Origin: Tubulanus polymorphus | Taxonomy: Eukaryota > Animalia > Nemertea | Reading direction: 5' to 3' | Length of the DNA: 64,000 nucleotides | Assembly: GCF_964204645.1 (NCBI RefSeq) | Contig: NC_134034.1 | Coordinates: 5,492,914-5,556,913 of the forward strand | Shown here: positions 49,601 through 60,700 of the stretch, piece by piece | Numbering within the stretch: the stretch's first letter is position 1 | Layout: each line of letters starts with the position of its first letter | Position numbers and translations under genes: made by a program | The notes under the pieces: generated by a model | The model's input: only the letters and a program-made list of their open reading frames with translations | What the model was told of the DNA's origin: nothing | The model's database searches: none

Positions 49601-52337
49601 ATTAGATGGGACCAGCATTTTTTGTCCATTATGTTATGAAATCAGTATTGTATGTATATATAACAGTATCTGTTATATGTATATACTGTATTTTGTCCGT
49701 CATATACATACATATAAAACATACATTTCTTATTGTGGTTTATCTTTCAGTAGATGATGATGTAATGCATGTCTGGTTGTCCATCATGATCCATGTTGTG
49801 AGAGTTGCAGAGAACCCTAGTTATTACAAAGACAGAATATCTGACTGGTTACAATGCATGCACACAATGGTATGTCAACTAGATGTAGTTAAGTTGTCAG
49901 TAAAACATTGAAATGTGACTAAGTAGAAATAGAGTTTATTCAGGGTTTAGGCCCTTTAAAGTTGATACCTGATGATGATGATATGTTGCAGATATATAGT
50001 TGGTGGAATGATAAGCCTCTGTGCAAAAGTTTCAAGGTCACGTGATATTCCATGTGGCCACCAGGAGGTGCTGAATGCATAAAAGAATGATGATTTCAGA
50101 TCATCTAATAAACGCGACATATTTTATCATGTATCCTGGGTTGGGATCGGGGCAGACGAGATGCCACCCCTATTGAAAATGAAGGTTATCGGTACCAATT
50201 ATTGTCGCCAGGGCAGCCATTTTGAATTTCTAGTTAGCACGATGCAGCCAATAATTCTTGATGGATTTCCATGAAACTTGGTGTGAGTATTGGGACAGGT
50301 AAGCTGTCGCCCCTATTGAAAATGGAGGTCATCTGCCTTAAAATTTTACCACCCGGGTATAGGCCCTTCAAAGTTGATACCTGATAATGAAGACATGTTG
50401 CAGGTAATCTTGAATTTCTTGGTTAGCACAATACAGCCTACAATTCTTGATGGATTTTTATGAAGCTCAGTGCCAGAGTTGGGACAGGCGAGATATCTAC
50501 CCCTATTTAAAATAGAGGTTATCGGCCATCAAATATGGCCACTAGGGCAGCCATCTTTATTAATTCTTGTTAATGCGATACAGCCTATAATTATGTCACC
50601 ACAGTAGGGCGTGATCTACGATTTTGCTCAGCGCTTTTTCACTTGCTAGAGTTGGCGTTCTACACACTTGAAATTATGTGCAGTTTCCTTGAAAGTCGAT
50701 AGCTATAATTGATTAGGTCCCAGCGGCGTAGCTACCGGTGCGGTTGGTCTGGCATATGTCGGACCAATAATTACCACGGTAGTTCTTCTGATTCGTTCAA
50801 ATTTGCATGAACTGCCCCCCTCTTGCACTCTTCCCCCGGTTCTACGCGTTCATCAATTCCCTCGACTGCCAATTGATGCACACTCCAAACCCTAAGTGCA
50901 CGGCGCATAGGCAATGATTTATTTATATTATATGTCTGACCAATAATTATTTGGTTGCTACTCTCCTGGGTCCAGGGATAAATCGCAAATTAGCTTTCTT
51001 GCTGTTCCAATATGGCCACCATCGTGGACATCTTGAATATATTGTTAGCACTCTATATACTTCAAATTACGTGCGATTTTCTTGATAGTTGGTACAGTAG
51101 AATCCTCTCAACTTGAATCCTAATAAGTCGAAAATCCGTTCAACAAATTTTTTTTCTGTCTCCTATGTCAAACCCTACATTTGAACTACCCTACTCGAAG
51201 TTGTTCAACTCGAATATTCGTTCAACTCGAATCATTTTTTACCAAAATTATGTTCAAACTCCTCTCAACTCGAACGTCTTAACGACCTCCCGGCAGCAAA
51301 CACAAGTATCGGTTAAAACATGCTTGTGTTTACTGCTTTGATTGGTAGTTTACCGGAAGAAGACAAAACATCACTCATGGAGAAATTCAGTCATTCAGTA
51401 TGTACACAATCTCCAGTTGGGTTAGGGATCCTAGAACCCGAAAATTAACGGCCCGTTGCCCGTTCTCATTTGAATTTTATCAATACCTCAAAATTTGTTA
51501 TTTTGGCTGTATCGGCTCTCAGACCTTCTAAAATCTTCTGTATCCTACAGCAAGAACAAGAAATTCAAGGATTAAATTCAAACATAAGCACTTTAATCCT
51601 GGGGAAATCATGCTTTTGGCTGCTAGGCCAGAATCTTAGCTACACGTTGAAGTCCTTTTCGCCCCATATACCAAACATGGAGGTCATCAGCTATCAAATA
51701 TAGCCACCAGGGCAGTCGATTTTAATTTCTCATTTTTAGCCCACTTGGGACTTAAGTCACAGCAGTCTATTGCGTTCACTTTTCGTCCGTCCGTCCGTCC
51801 GTCCGTAGTAATTTTGGGAAGTTTTGAAGACGCTTCAAGGTAATGTCTTGATATTTGGTTTATACACGTATCTACCTTAGACACATCTTCAGCCCATAGA
51901 CTGGCCCTGACAGATTCAAGATGGCCGACTGATGGGTATTCTTGGGAAAAGGATCTCTTATACCCGAGACAGGTATATTTGATCAGGCAATTATGAGCGC
52001 AATTGGCGGCCATCTCGGTGTCATCAGTACTCATTCGTAAGTGGGAAAAAGTTTTTCCACATTATATTGATACTTAAGCCTTAAGCATATTTTGTTACCA
52101 AAATCAATTGGAAAGTTGCAGCTCATGACAAAAATTTTTTGGTTTTTAGGCATGTACTGTATCCAATAGGGTTGGCACCGAGTGGACTTGGTTTTTGGTT
52201 TCATATCCTAGTGAATCGATGATACTTGATTAAGGATTTTTTTTTTTTTGTTATGTTTTCAGACTAAGCAAACTGTGTCACCTGATGTGGAAAAATTACG
52301 CAGTCATTTGGAATATGAAATTTCGATTGTCTCATGA
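22609..52337 (+). CDS. TEX10: Testis-expressed protein 10 / Ipi1 homolog (rixosome, pre-rRNA processing); exons 22609-22797, 23872-24530, 25687-25826, 26597-26706, 38918-39046, 39455-39641, 40442-40568, 41727-41908, 43092-43260, 44198-44262, 47682-47875, 48138-48435, 49751-49869, 52263-52337
   Basis: N-terminus KKDFQKVKLKVGR..NTTATHFKSHSIVLKEQL and Ipi1_N region (HYNTTVRQDAVIGLQELL..AMTHIYDDVQMDSL). The 14 exons have GT-AG ends with mutually consistent phases. The 3' exons are less certain. Confidence 0.88.
24903..25468. mobile_element. Tc1/mariner-type MITE
   Basis: TA-CCGTATTTTCTGGCGATTAAGCCGA ... TCGGCTTATTAGCCGGAAAATACGA-TA, with internal AATAAGCCGA repeats. Confidence 0.7.
26773..27050 (+). 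mobile_element. Truncated HINE-like copy abutting the LINE 5' end
   Basis: TTTTTAGCCCACTTGGGACTTA start plus about 1.5 units of the 150-bp repeat. Confidence 0.65.
29439..31663 (+). pseudogene. DIRS ORF1 (gag-like), frameshifted
   Basis: N-terminal Cys/His cluster CGH..DNHDSCASC..PCKICEVW and an RS-rich linker; split across ORFs 29418, 29678, 29992, 30524, 30918 and 31361. Confidence 0.75.
31660..33470 (+). pseudogene. DIRS ORF2: RT / RNase H / methyltransferase-like domain
   Basis: PVGG start, RT and RNase H motifs in frame. The MT part is broken by frameshifts near 33150 and 33260 and a stop at 33400. Confidence 0.85.
33400..34530 (+). pseudogene. DIRS ORF3 tyrosine recombinase (N-terminal extension overlaps RT)
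   Basis: SKRPSTSTIYDAKW, SIKGYRSAI, VPPWD, LACSARRSEI, RALCFYLDR, HQVRSMATS and FWNSPSTFTSF; internal deletion/frameshift near 34110. Confidence 0.85.
40128..40378 (+). mobile_element. tRNA-derived SINE with a CORE-like central box
   Basis: A-box-like GTGTGGGTGAGTG, GTGTCCCGGGCAAGACACTT, ACCCAGCAGTGAAT, CCAGGGAG, and a 3' GGGGTAATAAT..AAAGCACC tail. Confidence 0.5.
43378..44010 (+). mobile_element. HINE-like element copy
   Basis: TAGCCCACTTGGGACTTAAGTCCCAG, GTCCGTCCGT; the body is a long reverse-complement match to 17500-18140. Confidence 0.75.
45060..45350 (+). mobile_element. Diverged HINE-like fragment
   Basis: TTAAGTCCCAGCG..TTGCGTTCACT and the downstream body resemble 43395-43660. Confidence 0.55.
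45740..45790. mobile_element. Diverged fragment of the Penelope-type element
   Basis: GGAGAGAATCCCACAATAATAA..AAAGTCCGAAAATG matches the arms of 63456-63634. Confidence 0.55.
49945..50600 (+). repeat. Diverged tandem repeat array (second HINE/satellite-like family)
   Basis: Recurrent blocks CCCCTATTGAAAATG(G/A)AGGT(C/T)ATC, TTCTTGATGGATTT and AGGCCCTT..AAAGTTGATACCTGAT. Confidence 0.55.
51733..52195 (+). mobile_element. HINE-like element copy (internally deleted)
   Basis: TTTTAGCCCACTTGGGACTTAAGTC, (CGTC)n microsatellite, and a body shared with 43378-44010. Confidence 0.75.
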
Positions 52338-53032
52338 TTTTCTGAAAAATAGATATAAGCCAGAAAAATTTAGATGTGTTGTTTTATTTTTTTTCGGTAA
52401 CGTGAAGGGAAAACTATGTTCTATCAGAAATTAGATTTATTGATTCTGAAAAGTTACCGAGAATTTGAGAATAACAGTAGAACCTCGTGACAACTCGGAT
52501 ACAAGAATTCAGCGGATATAACAAATATAGAATCTTGTCCCAAGACAACTTCATACTGGATATAACAACTATCGATCATAACGAACATATTTTTAGGTCA
52601 CGTGAAATTCGCTGTAAAGAGGTTACACTGTATGAGTTTTTGCAAAATACGCTCCGATTCAAGTTGAATCAACTGGAAGATGGTATCAATGTTTACAACC
52701 CCACTAGTGTGCATTGTTGCTATAAATATTTGAATGAGTAACGTCATATAAATCGATGCTTGACCTAGTTTCATGACATCACAGGGAAAGCCCTTCAGAA
52801 GGGCATCACTTGGAAATCCCTCTAGAAGGGCTTTCCCAGTGACATCATTATAGAGACTTGTGATTCGTAAGGAAAACCAATTATATCAATGTATATCAGC
52901 TAAGTTGAACATAATGCACCATGATCATCTTTATCAGCTGTTTGCAAATCCAAGAACAAATCGATTTTTGTGCTCAAAACTAAAATGTACTTAGTTGATC
53001 CTACTGGACCAATTGTCCTTTATTTTATTTGC

Positions 53033-53200
53033 TCAATTCAATTCAATTCAATAGATTTATTTGCATAGAATACAATATGTAAACATATATACAATCTACA
53101 CAGGCCTAGCAAAGCCAGAAAGGCCGCTTAACGCTAGTACCCATACAAAAAATCAAACAAAGTACCGTAACAAAAATACACACAAATTATACAAATATGA
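53033..53200 (-). mobile_element. 3' tail of an L2-type LINE
   Basis: On the minus strand: a stem-loop-like 3' UTR, then AATAAA and a (TTGAA)n tail, analogous to 37575-37730. Confidence 0.5.
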
Positions 53201-54711
53201 TTAACAAAATGACTCAGCAGAATGTGGATGCGTAATTATTGTGTGATTGATTGTTAATTATACAGTTTGGGGATTCAATAATCTTAAATAACAGTTATGC
53301 TCATCTACGTCGTGTACTGTTATCGGTGATGGAATTCAAGGTCATAGAGCTTCCGTGAATGGCTTTAATGATTTTGTCAATAGAAATTACGTTTGCTTCA
53401 AAACGATTATTCCTTTTAAGCTGGTCGGTTGCTACCATTGGTTTTAACTTCAAGAATAAAAAAAAGAAAATCGCCCACCCTTCTCCTGAAGAGTGAGGAA
53501 ATTGTATATGTTTCAGGTTTTTATAGTTGATAATGATTGAAATTCGCCTGCCTTCGTCAGACATTACATGTATCTCGAAAATGATGAGGATGAGACAGTA
53601 GGAATCATCAGCTCACTAGTGCGCTAACGACTGTAAAACATGACCACCGACCATAGTCAACTCAAGACCCATAGTGTGAATTACCGTTATTTTCATTTTC
53701 GTATTTCTGCAACGCGTTAAAGTTATATTTTGAAACGTTTTGACAGTTCATGTAGGCTTTGTTAAATTCTGAGCTTCATGTTATACAATGAATATCCTTA
53801 GCTTCCGTAGGTCTTAGGTCTCCGTAGGTACCGCCAGTGGTGGGAATGGTGAATTTGTTAGCATAGATCATTCTTAAGATTCAACCAGAAAATGCTCAGA
53901 ATGCACCTAAATGCAGCTGATTTTTCAAAATTTTATCCGGGGGGACCCCCACACCCCCTTTCGGTGCGCTCGCTCATTACGGCAGCGTCGTCATTACGGC
54001 CCACAAACACGCAGATTTATTTTTGGTCTGCCCCCTCACCATACAATTCGTTCCTACATCAACGCGCTTGAGATGGATCCTTCGTAGTCGGATGTTTTGG
54101 GACGAGAAAATTCTCTGCTACTTAAATACATCAACGCGCTCGAATGCTTTAGAACTACCGCTTAGAAAGATTAATAATCCTTTAATGTTGATCTTACAAA
54201 TCATAGCGTTTTTAAGCCTCCGATCTGCAGTTTTGATACATCTTACTATTTGGAACCTTGACACGTATTCAACTCGGGCTAAATTTATTTATTTAAAGAA
54301 TGATCCCTATTTTAGGATCAAAAAGTTAAAGAATATTTGAAATATTCTGATCTACGAATGACCCGTTCAGCGTTCCGTTCCGTTGCGTCTTGCTGATAAT
54401 CGGATCGAACTGTGTGAGTGAAACGATAACCTAAATTTAGAGACGCTATCAGTTACTATGCATCAGAGCATCAAGCGGAAGAATCAAGCAGATGGTATCC
54501 GCATGCTGGTTGGACAGAAGTTTTCCGCGGTGGGTGGAGTTTCAGAAACTTCCCGAGAGTAGTCCACGGACGGCTATCTGGAGTTCTAAAGACAAACCCC
54601 ACAGTCGAAATTGGATAAAGATCAGGCGATTTGTTTTCAGATTCGCAAGTCGTATGACACCTTGGACTTGGATATATTAAAAGTCATTTCGTGAAACATA
54701 TCAACACAGTT

Positions 54712-55353
54712 ATGATACCAGAACTGACACTTTCATCGGAGACTGGAATGATGCATGTCCAGAAAAATAGTGAATTCACGAATACAGTGGAATCGGAAAG
54801 GGACAGTAAGGATGATGTGCATTTAGCCTTGCAACTTGTCGCTAGAGACCAGTCGTGCGTAGACTGTCACGCAGATTCGAGAGGTGCTATTTCCCCGGCA
54901 CCTAGTCCACTTTGTGACCTGCGCGCAACAACTCGTGATAATACACGTGTATACTCTCGCAAACGACCCGTTTACCCCGGACCCGGTGAATACGTCGAAT
55001 GTCGACCGCCTGCGCCGCGAAAACGTCGCGTCTCTAAACCTATCCCTCCACAGTCGCAGGAGGAACTGGTTGCCCAGCGTTCCCTAGCCAATGTCCGGGA
55101 ACGACAGCGCACTCAAAGCCTCAACGACGCATTTTCTTCGCTTCGAAAAATCATACCAACTCTGCCATCGGACAAACTATCGAAAATACAAACACTGAAA
55201 CTGGCCACCCGGTACATTGACTTTTTAAATCAGGTTTTACGTAACGACGAGATGGACAATCGCATCAACAACAGTTGTAGTTACGTGGCCCATGAGAGAC
55301 TTAGTTACGCGTTCAGTGTATGGAGAATGGAAGGAGCCTGGTCATCGCGCTGA
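54712..55353 (+). CDS. twist: Twist bHLH transcription factor (single coding exon)
   Basis: [51 protein letters not shown] bHLH and the diagnostic C-terminal WR motif [16 protein letters not shown]. The start could instead be ATG 54748. Confidence 0.97.
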   Translation: MIPELTLSSETGMMHVQKNSEFTNTVESERDSKDDVHLALQLVARDQSCVDCHADSRGAISPAPSPLCDLRATTRDNTRVYSRKRPVYPGPGEYVECRPPAPRKRRVSKPIPPQSQEELVAQRSLANVRERQRTQSLNDAFSSLRKIIPTLPSDKLSKIQTLKLATRYIDFLNQVLRNDEMDNRINNSCSYVAHERLSYAFSVWRMEGAWSSR

Positions 55354-57371
55354 CCATAATCAATATCACGAATTTCAAGAAAGAATCTATAAGGTATGAG
55401 CAGATACTTTTTTTATCACTCCTGCAGCACTCTTCTCGTTCTGTTAATATTACCATCTATGTACATATACTATAGCAGGGCCGGATCCAAAGGGTTAGGG
55501 GGTCTCGGCCCCTTTTTCCGTTTTCGAAAATTTTCCGATAGTGAGAATCCGATTGCTAATTTGGTGAGTGCCAGAAATTACTCTAGGTGATGCACAAATT
55601 TTTATCAAAGCATTTTTCATTGAAATATAAACAGATTATATCTGGGAAAACACTGCACTTACCACCTCTGCTCAAATTTCTGGGTCTGCTCCTGTAAATT
55701 TTGGTCCTATAGATAATCTATTTCTTCGTAAGGGAACTTAACACTGAATGATAGTTAATACATGATGATAAATGCGGAACAGTACGTTGCAGCATTGACA
55801 TAAAGTGAGCGTTGAACACTAAAAAATAGCATCGAAAAACATGGCCTTTCTTCATACACGAATTTTTGTGATATTAAATCCTTTCTATTACAAAGTATAT
55901 CAATTCGATATATATCAATCGCCTTGCTCGGACTTAAACTAACTCGATCCTTAACTCGGAATATTCAACCACTCATCGATTACTTTTGATAAACACATCT
56001 CCGTCATATGTTATATTACTTTCATAATGGTGGGCATTGTGGGAAATTCAAATATACAAGGCCAGGGTTGTACAGACCGGTGGAGTTATGAAGAAACCCT
56101 AAAACCATTTCAGCGTGGGAAAGTGTTCATGATATCCGCGTAGGCTTCAAACGGGTCGTCTGCCAAACCCACAGGTGGCCGTGTGATGAAGACAACAGCT
56201 GTTTCGTCAGCCTACACTTGCATCATTTTTACCGCAACACACTTTCTCTCCGCTTCGCTGTTATCAACACGGAGTTCTATCCCACCTCCCTGTTTTCAAC
56301 CACGACACCTCAATCCCGTGCCTCATTAAAAAAGGTCGCTTGAGCACCAAAATGGTCGATGAAAACTGTGATAGAATTTATTAAAATGAAACCACATCGT
56401 TTCGGCTTGACTTGCAGCCATCAATTATCCACCTGATGACGGCTGTTAGTCAACAATCGAAACGTTGTTGTTTCATTTTGATAAATTCCCTGGTAAAATT
56501 CTTTTGTGCGAATTTATGTACAGTGAGTGTCTTATGGCCAGTTTCAAAAAGGGGCTTCTTTGATCTGTGGAGTTGCGAGCGTTTTTACATTCGACTCCAG
56601 ATGATCCCGTGTTTGAACCTCACCAAATGACCGGTCATAATCTTTGATAAGTCGGATGTGATTATATAACATGCCAATTTTATAAACTACTCTATGCCAA
56701 ATGATAACCTCAATTTGGTTTTAGGGAAAATAATCATACCTTGTTTCTCACCACTCAAAATCCCACCCGCGTCGGAAAATAATCTAGCAATAGTGCCATG
56801 AATATGAAATTCGCCCTCCCACCTCAATGCTCTAGAAACATTTGTGATTTAAATCGTCAATTTCTTTTTCATTTTCAACAAATTATATACGTAAAATCTA
56901 TCACCTGGCAAGTGAGATCGTTAATTAGCGCAGTGTGTTGTCGAATTTTTATTACCAGAGGGTCGTTGCGTCACTTAGGAATTCTGGTTTTAAAATGTTG
57001 ATATCTGCCCGGATATATAGCAGCCAGAATCCAGTACAGTGGCCGGTCATATATATGCGACCGAAATTATAGCAAATAATGATTAAACGACAGTTCCCAC
57101 ATCTGGAAAAAGCATGTACAAGGGGCATTGCTGCTTTTCGAAAAAAAACTTCATAAAATAAATTCATGTACCTCCCACCTTCGTCATGGCTTGCTAAAGA
57201 GGTGATGAGAAAAAAGCTATCATTTTCTGGCTTGTTGTTGAAGGTTGTAATCAATAATAGTGAATCTACCAATTACAATGCCGGATTTCTACTGATATCG
57301 CCTAAAGGAACTGATTTTCCAAACGAAGATTTTGATTCCATCGACGCGTATGTTTAGGCGAGGAAATTGAG

Positions 57372-57742
57372 TGAAAATCCCCCCTAGGTAAAAATCCCCC
57401 CATATTTGATTTCACAAAAATTACTTAATGACTTAATGACTTAGCATATACGACATGCAAGCTACATGCATCAAAAATGACACTATCATAATTTTGAAAT
57501 TTTCTATAAAAACTATGGTTTAAAAGTAAAAATAAAATATCTAATGTACTTATGTATTCCTTAATAATGTTTAAAAAGTAAATTTTTTTCTACTCTAGTT
57601 TATAGAAAAGTGGACGTGGGGGATTTGTACTAGGGGGGATTTTTACCGGGGGATTTATACCTGGGGGGAATTTTACCTTGTTGGATTTTTACCGGGGGAT
57701 ATTTACCGGGTGGATTTTTACCCGGGGGATTTTTACCTACAT
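57372..57742. mobile_element. MITE with GGGGATTTTTACC subterminal repeats
   Basis: AAAATCCCCC repeats on the left and about 8 inverted GGGGATTT(T)TAC repeats on the right; a partial second copy lies at about 60100-60337. Confidence 0.6.
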
Positions 57743-60700
57743 TCGACCTCGATCACTCGGGGTGAATGGTCTCGCAGACCATGGATACCGCAGCAAAGTA
57801 CATTTTGGCCGCTGACTTGTAAAAGGTAGTTGATGAATAAATAAGCACTGAGAGATGACTGACCAGACTGTTGGCAATATGATGTAACCAGTACCATAGA
57901 TACTGGAGCAGATGTACAGGGATGAAGACGGCTGTTGCGTTCAAGCAGTTGCTGGGTATGGTCAGGTCACCGGCGGACAAGCACCAACGATCAAAGTCAC
58001 CCAATCATTCAACATGTTGATCCTGTACTTCGGGATAACATGGTAACTGACAGGAGTTAGTCTTTTTTGACAAAAATTCCTGAAAAAAAAACATTAGAAT
58101 TATGGTTTATAACGTTCAGGCTTTTGCATACATTGAAAATATTGCATTTCATTAGAAATTAACTGTAGGGTGGGGAAAGTCTATTAAATATTAACAAGGC
58201 CATTAGAGACCAAGGATTATAAGATGGACATAGCTCGCTGGGGGCGATGCCCGTTTAGCCTGAAAACTATAATAATAATTTCTGCGCATGGGAAAAATGA
58301 CTCGACACTACGCGAGCAATTGATTCACACGACGAACCCTAATAAATCACTACGTAAGCACACATCGATAATGACATTGAACTGACGCCAGCTGCAACAA
58401 AGCAGCTGCATCTTTTTACGTTCTTTGACCTCGCCTATTACTAGGAGAATAAACAACGCCGCGTGGGATATCCATATTATATGTATATGTGATCTTGGAG
58501 TAATCATTTGACTCATTAATCAAATGATTACTCCAAGATGTGATGAATAGACTACCTGTTTATTGTATAGAGAGTGCCCGGATTAAAAATATAGCACTCC
58601 AACTGAAAAACACCCAGTTTATATCAGAAAAGCTTACTCCAATTCCAAAGACTTTTTATCCTTCTGCCAATGTTTCCTTCCACTACAGACATTTATGAAC
58701 ATCGTTGAAATAACAACTTGTTATGCCATAGCTGGTCTTTAAGCTGGCTATGAAAGCACTCTGTCACAACAATAATACGTTTATCCGGAAACACCTGTTA
58801 AGTTAAGACTCATCCGTTACTAAGGCTAAATGCCACAATGACACGGTGCTTGGTTAAACACCGGAACACCATAAGAACCATAACAACCCACATTTTCCAG
58901 ATACGGATTCAACTTAGCGATGAGGGTTTAGATTTTTAAGATATATATTACATATCTTATTTTAAGATCCCAACTCTAATGGGGAAATTACTTTCTAATG
59001 GAGACTAAAACTTTTTTGGCTGGTGAACTATCTTATTACATTTCCGCTAAGTACACACTGTTGGGAAGCTATACGAAAAGTAGCCTGCTTTGCGACGGTG
59101 TGGCAGCCATATGTAAGTCGTAACCCGGTAGCTGTTGAAGGACCCGAATGTCTACCACATGTAACCGCAAATTAACACTGAACACTTCGACATCTGTTCA
59201 CCATGAATTCCGTGTAACGACTTATGATGTTTGCATCCTGTGCGCAAGAAAAAAAACTGTAAACACACTTGGTTCTCATGAATGGATGAAATTGTTCTTC
59301 CTACTCTCTGGTTGAATGTTTATGCGCAGTTTCATGGGTGAAATATATCGTGGATTCGCTATCTTTCCCAACAGACTCTCCCGTTCTGAATTAATTCGCT
59401 AAACATGGCCTTGCAGTAAATGCCTTCTTAGCTTGAATTCTACATCTAGAGTCCATGGTCTGATTTCGGTGATATTCTCAGGATTTCACAACACAAAATT
59501 CAACAAAATATTTCAATCTATATATTAATACGAAACTATGTACCAAATAGTGTCGCCGTGGAGAAGAATTGAGCCTTGAAATTTTGTGTGGTAGTCAATC
59601 ACTGTATAATGCAACGGGTATGAACGGGTGTGAAAATATTTATAGGGGGCCAAATGGAGGCAGACAAAATTTCAGCCAATCAGTAAGCAGGACTTCTAAT
59701 TATAGACTCTTACTGCATCAAAACAATTCTACTGTACAATATCATTATTTAGTTGCAATGGCCCAGATAGTAAAGGTCAAGAGTTGCGCTTGATGGGTTA
59801 GGAGTTTGAGTCCCGCGTAGCCCTATACATATTTTCTTTACCTCCGATAGTTCCCGGTCCACGGGTACAGTTCATCAAAGCTCATAGGGTCTCCACGGGC
59901 ATCGACACATAGATTTTCAATGGCCCGACTTAATTCCATTGCGAATACATTGAACAGTTTAAAGTTCTGGGCCAAAGGAAATCACCCGTGGTTTCCACGG
60001 GTATTACTGTAGTATTCTTATGTTAGAAAACTTTGATAGGTTTGAAAAATTTCAAATTTACTGCGGTTGTTGTTGGTCACAATGAACCTTGGATAATCTG
60101 TGACAAGCTACATGCATCATAAATGCCATCATTGTAGTTTTTAAATTCCTATGAAGAAATATAGTTTAAAACTATGTTTGTAATGATGCACATATTTATT
60201 CCTTGATATTGTTGTAAAAAGTATAATCTAGTCTTTATGTAAGTTTTATACTCTAGTTTGATAGAAAACTGAATTTTGATTTCTACGTCGGGGATGGGGG
60301 TTATCTTGTGGGATTTTTACCGGGGGATTATTACCTGCAACTGGCCAATCCTGCCTACTGGACGTACGAAGTTTTAGATACATTGTTGCTGCTTTAATAC
60401 TCAAACAGCTATTAAATCCGCTATAAAAAGCTACCCATCAATACTGCAAGATTATGAAAGATATTAAATCCTAATCGTAATTTTGCTCTAGTTTTAAATA
60501 GAAGGCTTAAAAAGTAGTTGAAAATGAGGGCCTGGGTGATGGTAGGGCATTTAGTTAGTCAATCAAAGATAAATCATAACGGTTAAGTGTGAATAGTTGG
60601 GTGGCTCCATTAAGTGTATCGCCGCCGACTATAAAAGCACTTGCCATTTCAAACACTTTCCATCAGCTGTTTACGTTGTCAGCTGAGACAACAAACCCAT

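Noticed and set aside
56185-56235. Possible second hammerhead on the minus strand (GAAACAGCTGT)
   Set aside because: There is no upstream CUGANGA core or stem II.
57616-57742. Cluster of Dorsal/NF-kB-like sites near twist
   Set aside because: The repeats belong to a MITE with a second copy at about 60100-60337, and their spacing does not fit the GGG(W)4-5CC consensus well.
59750-59825. tRNA gene (A- and B-box-like motifs; similar B box at about 39155)
   Set aside because: No convincing cloverleaf; at most a degenerate SINE head.
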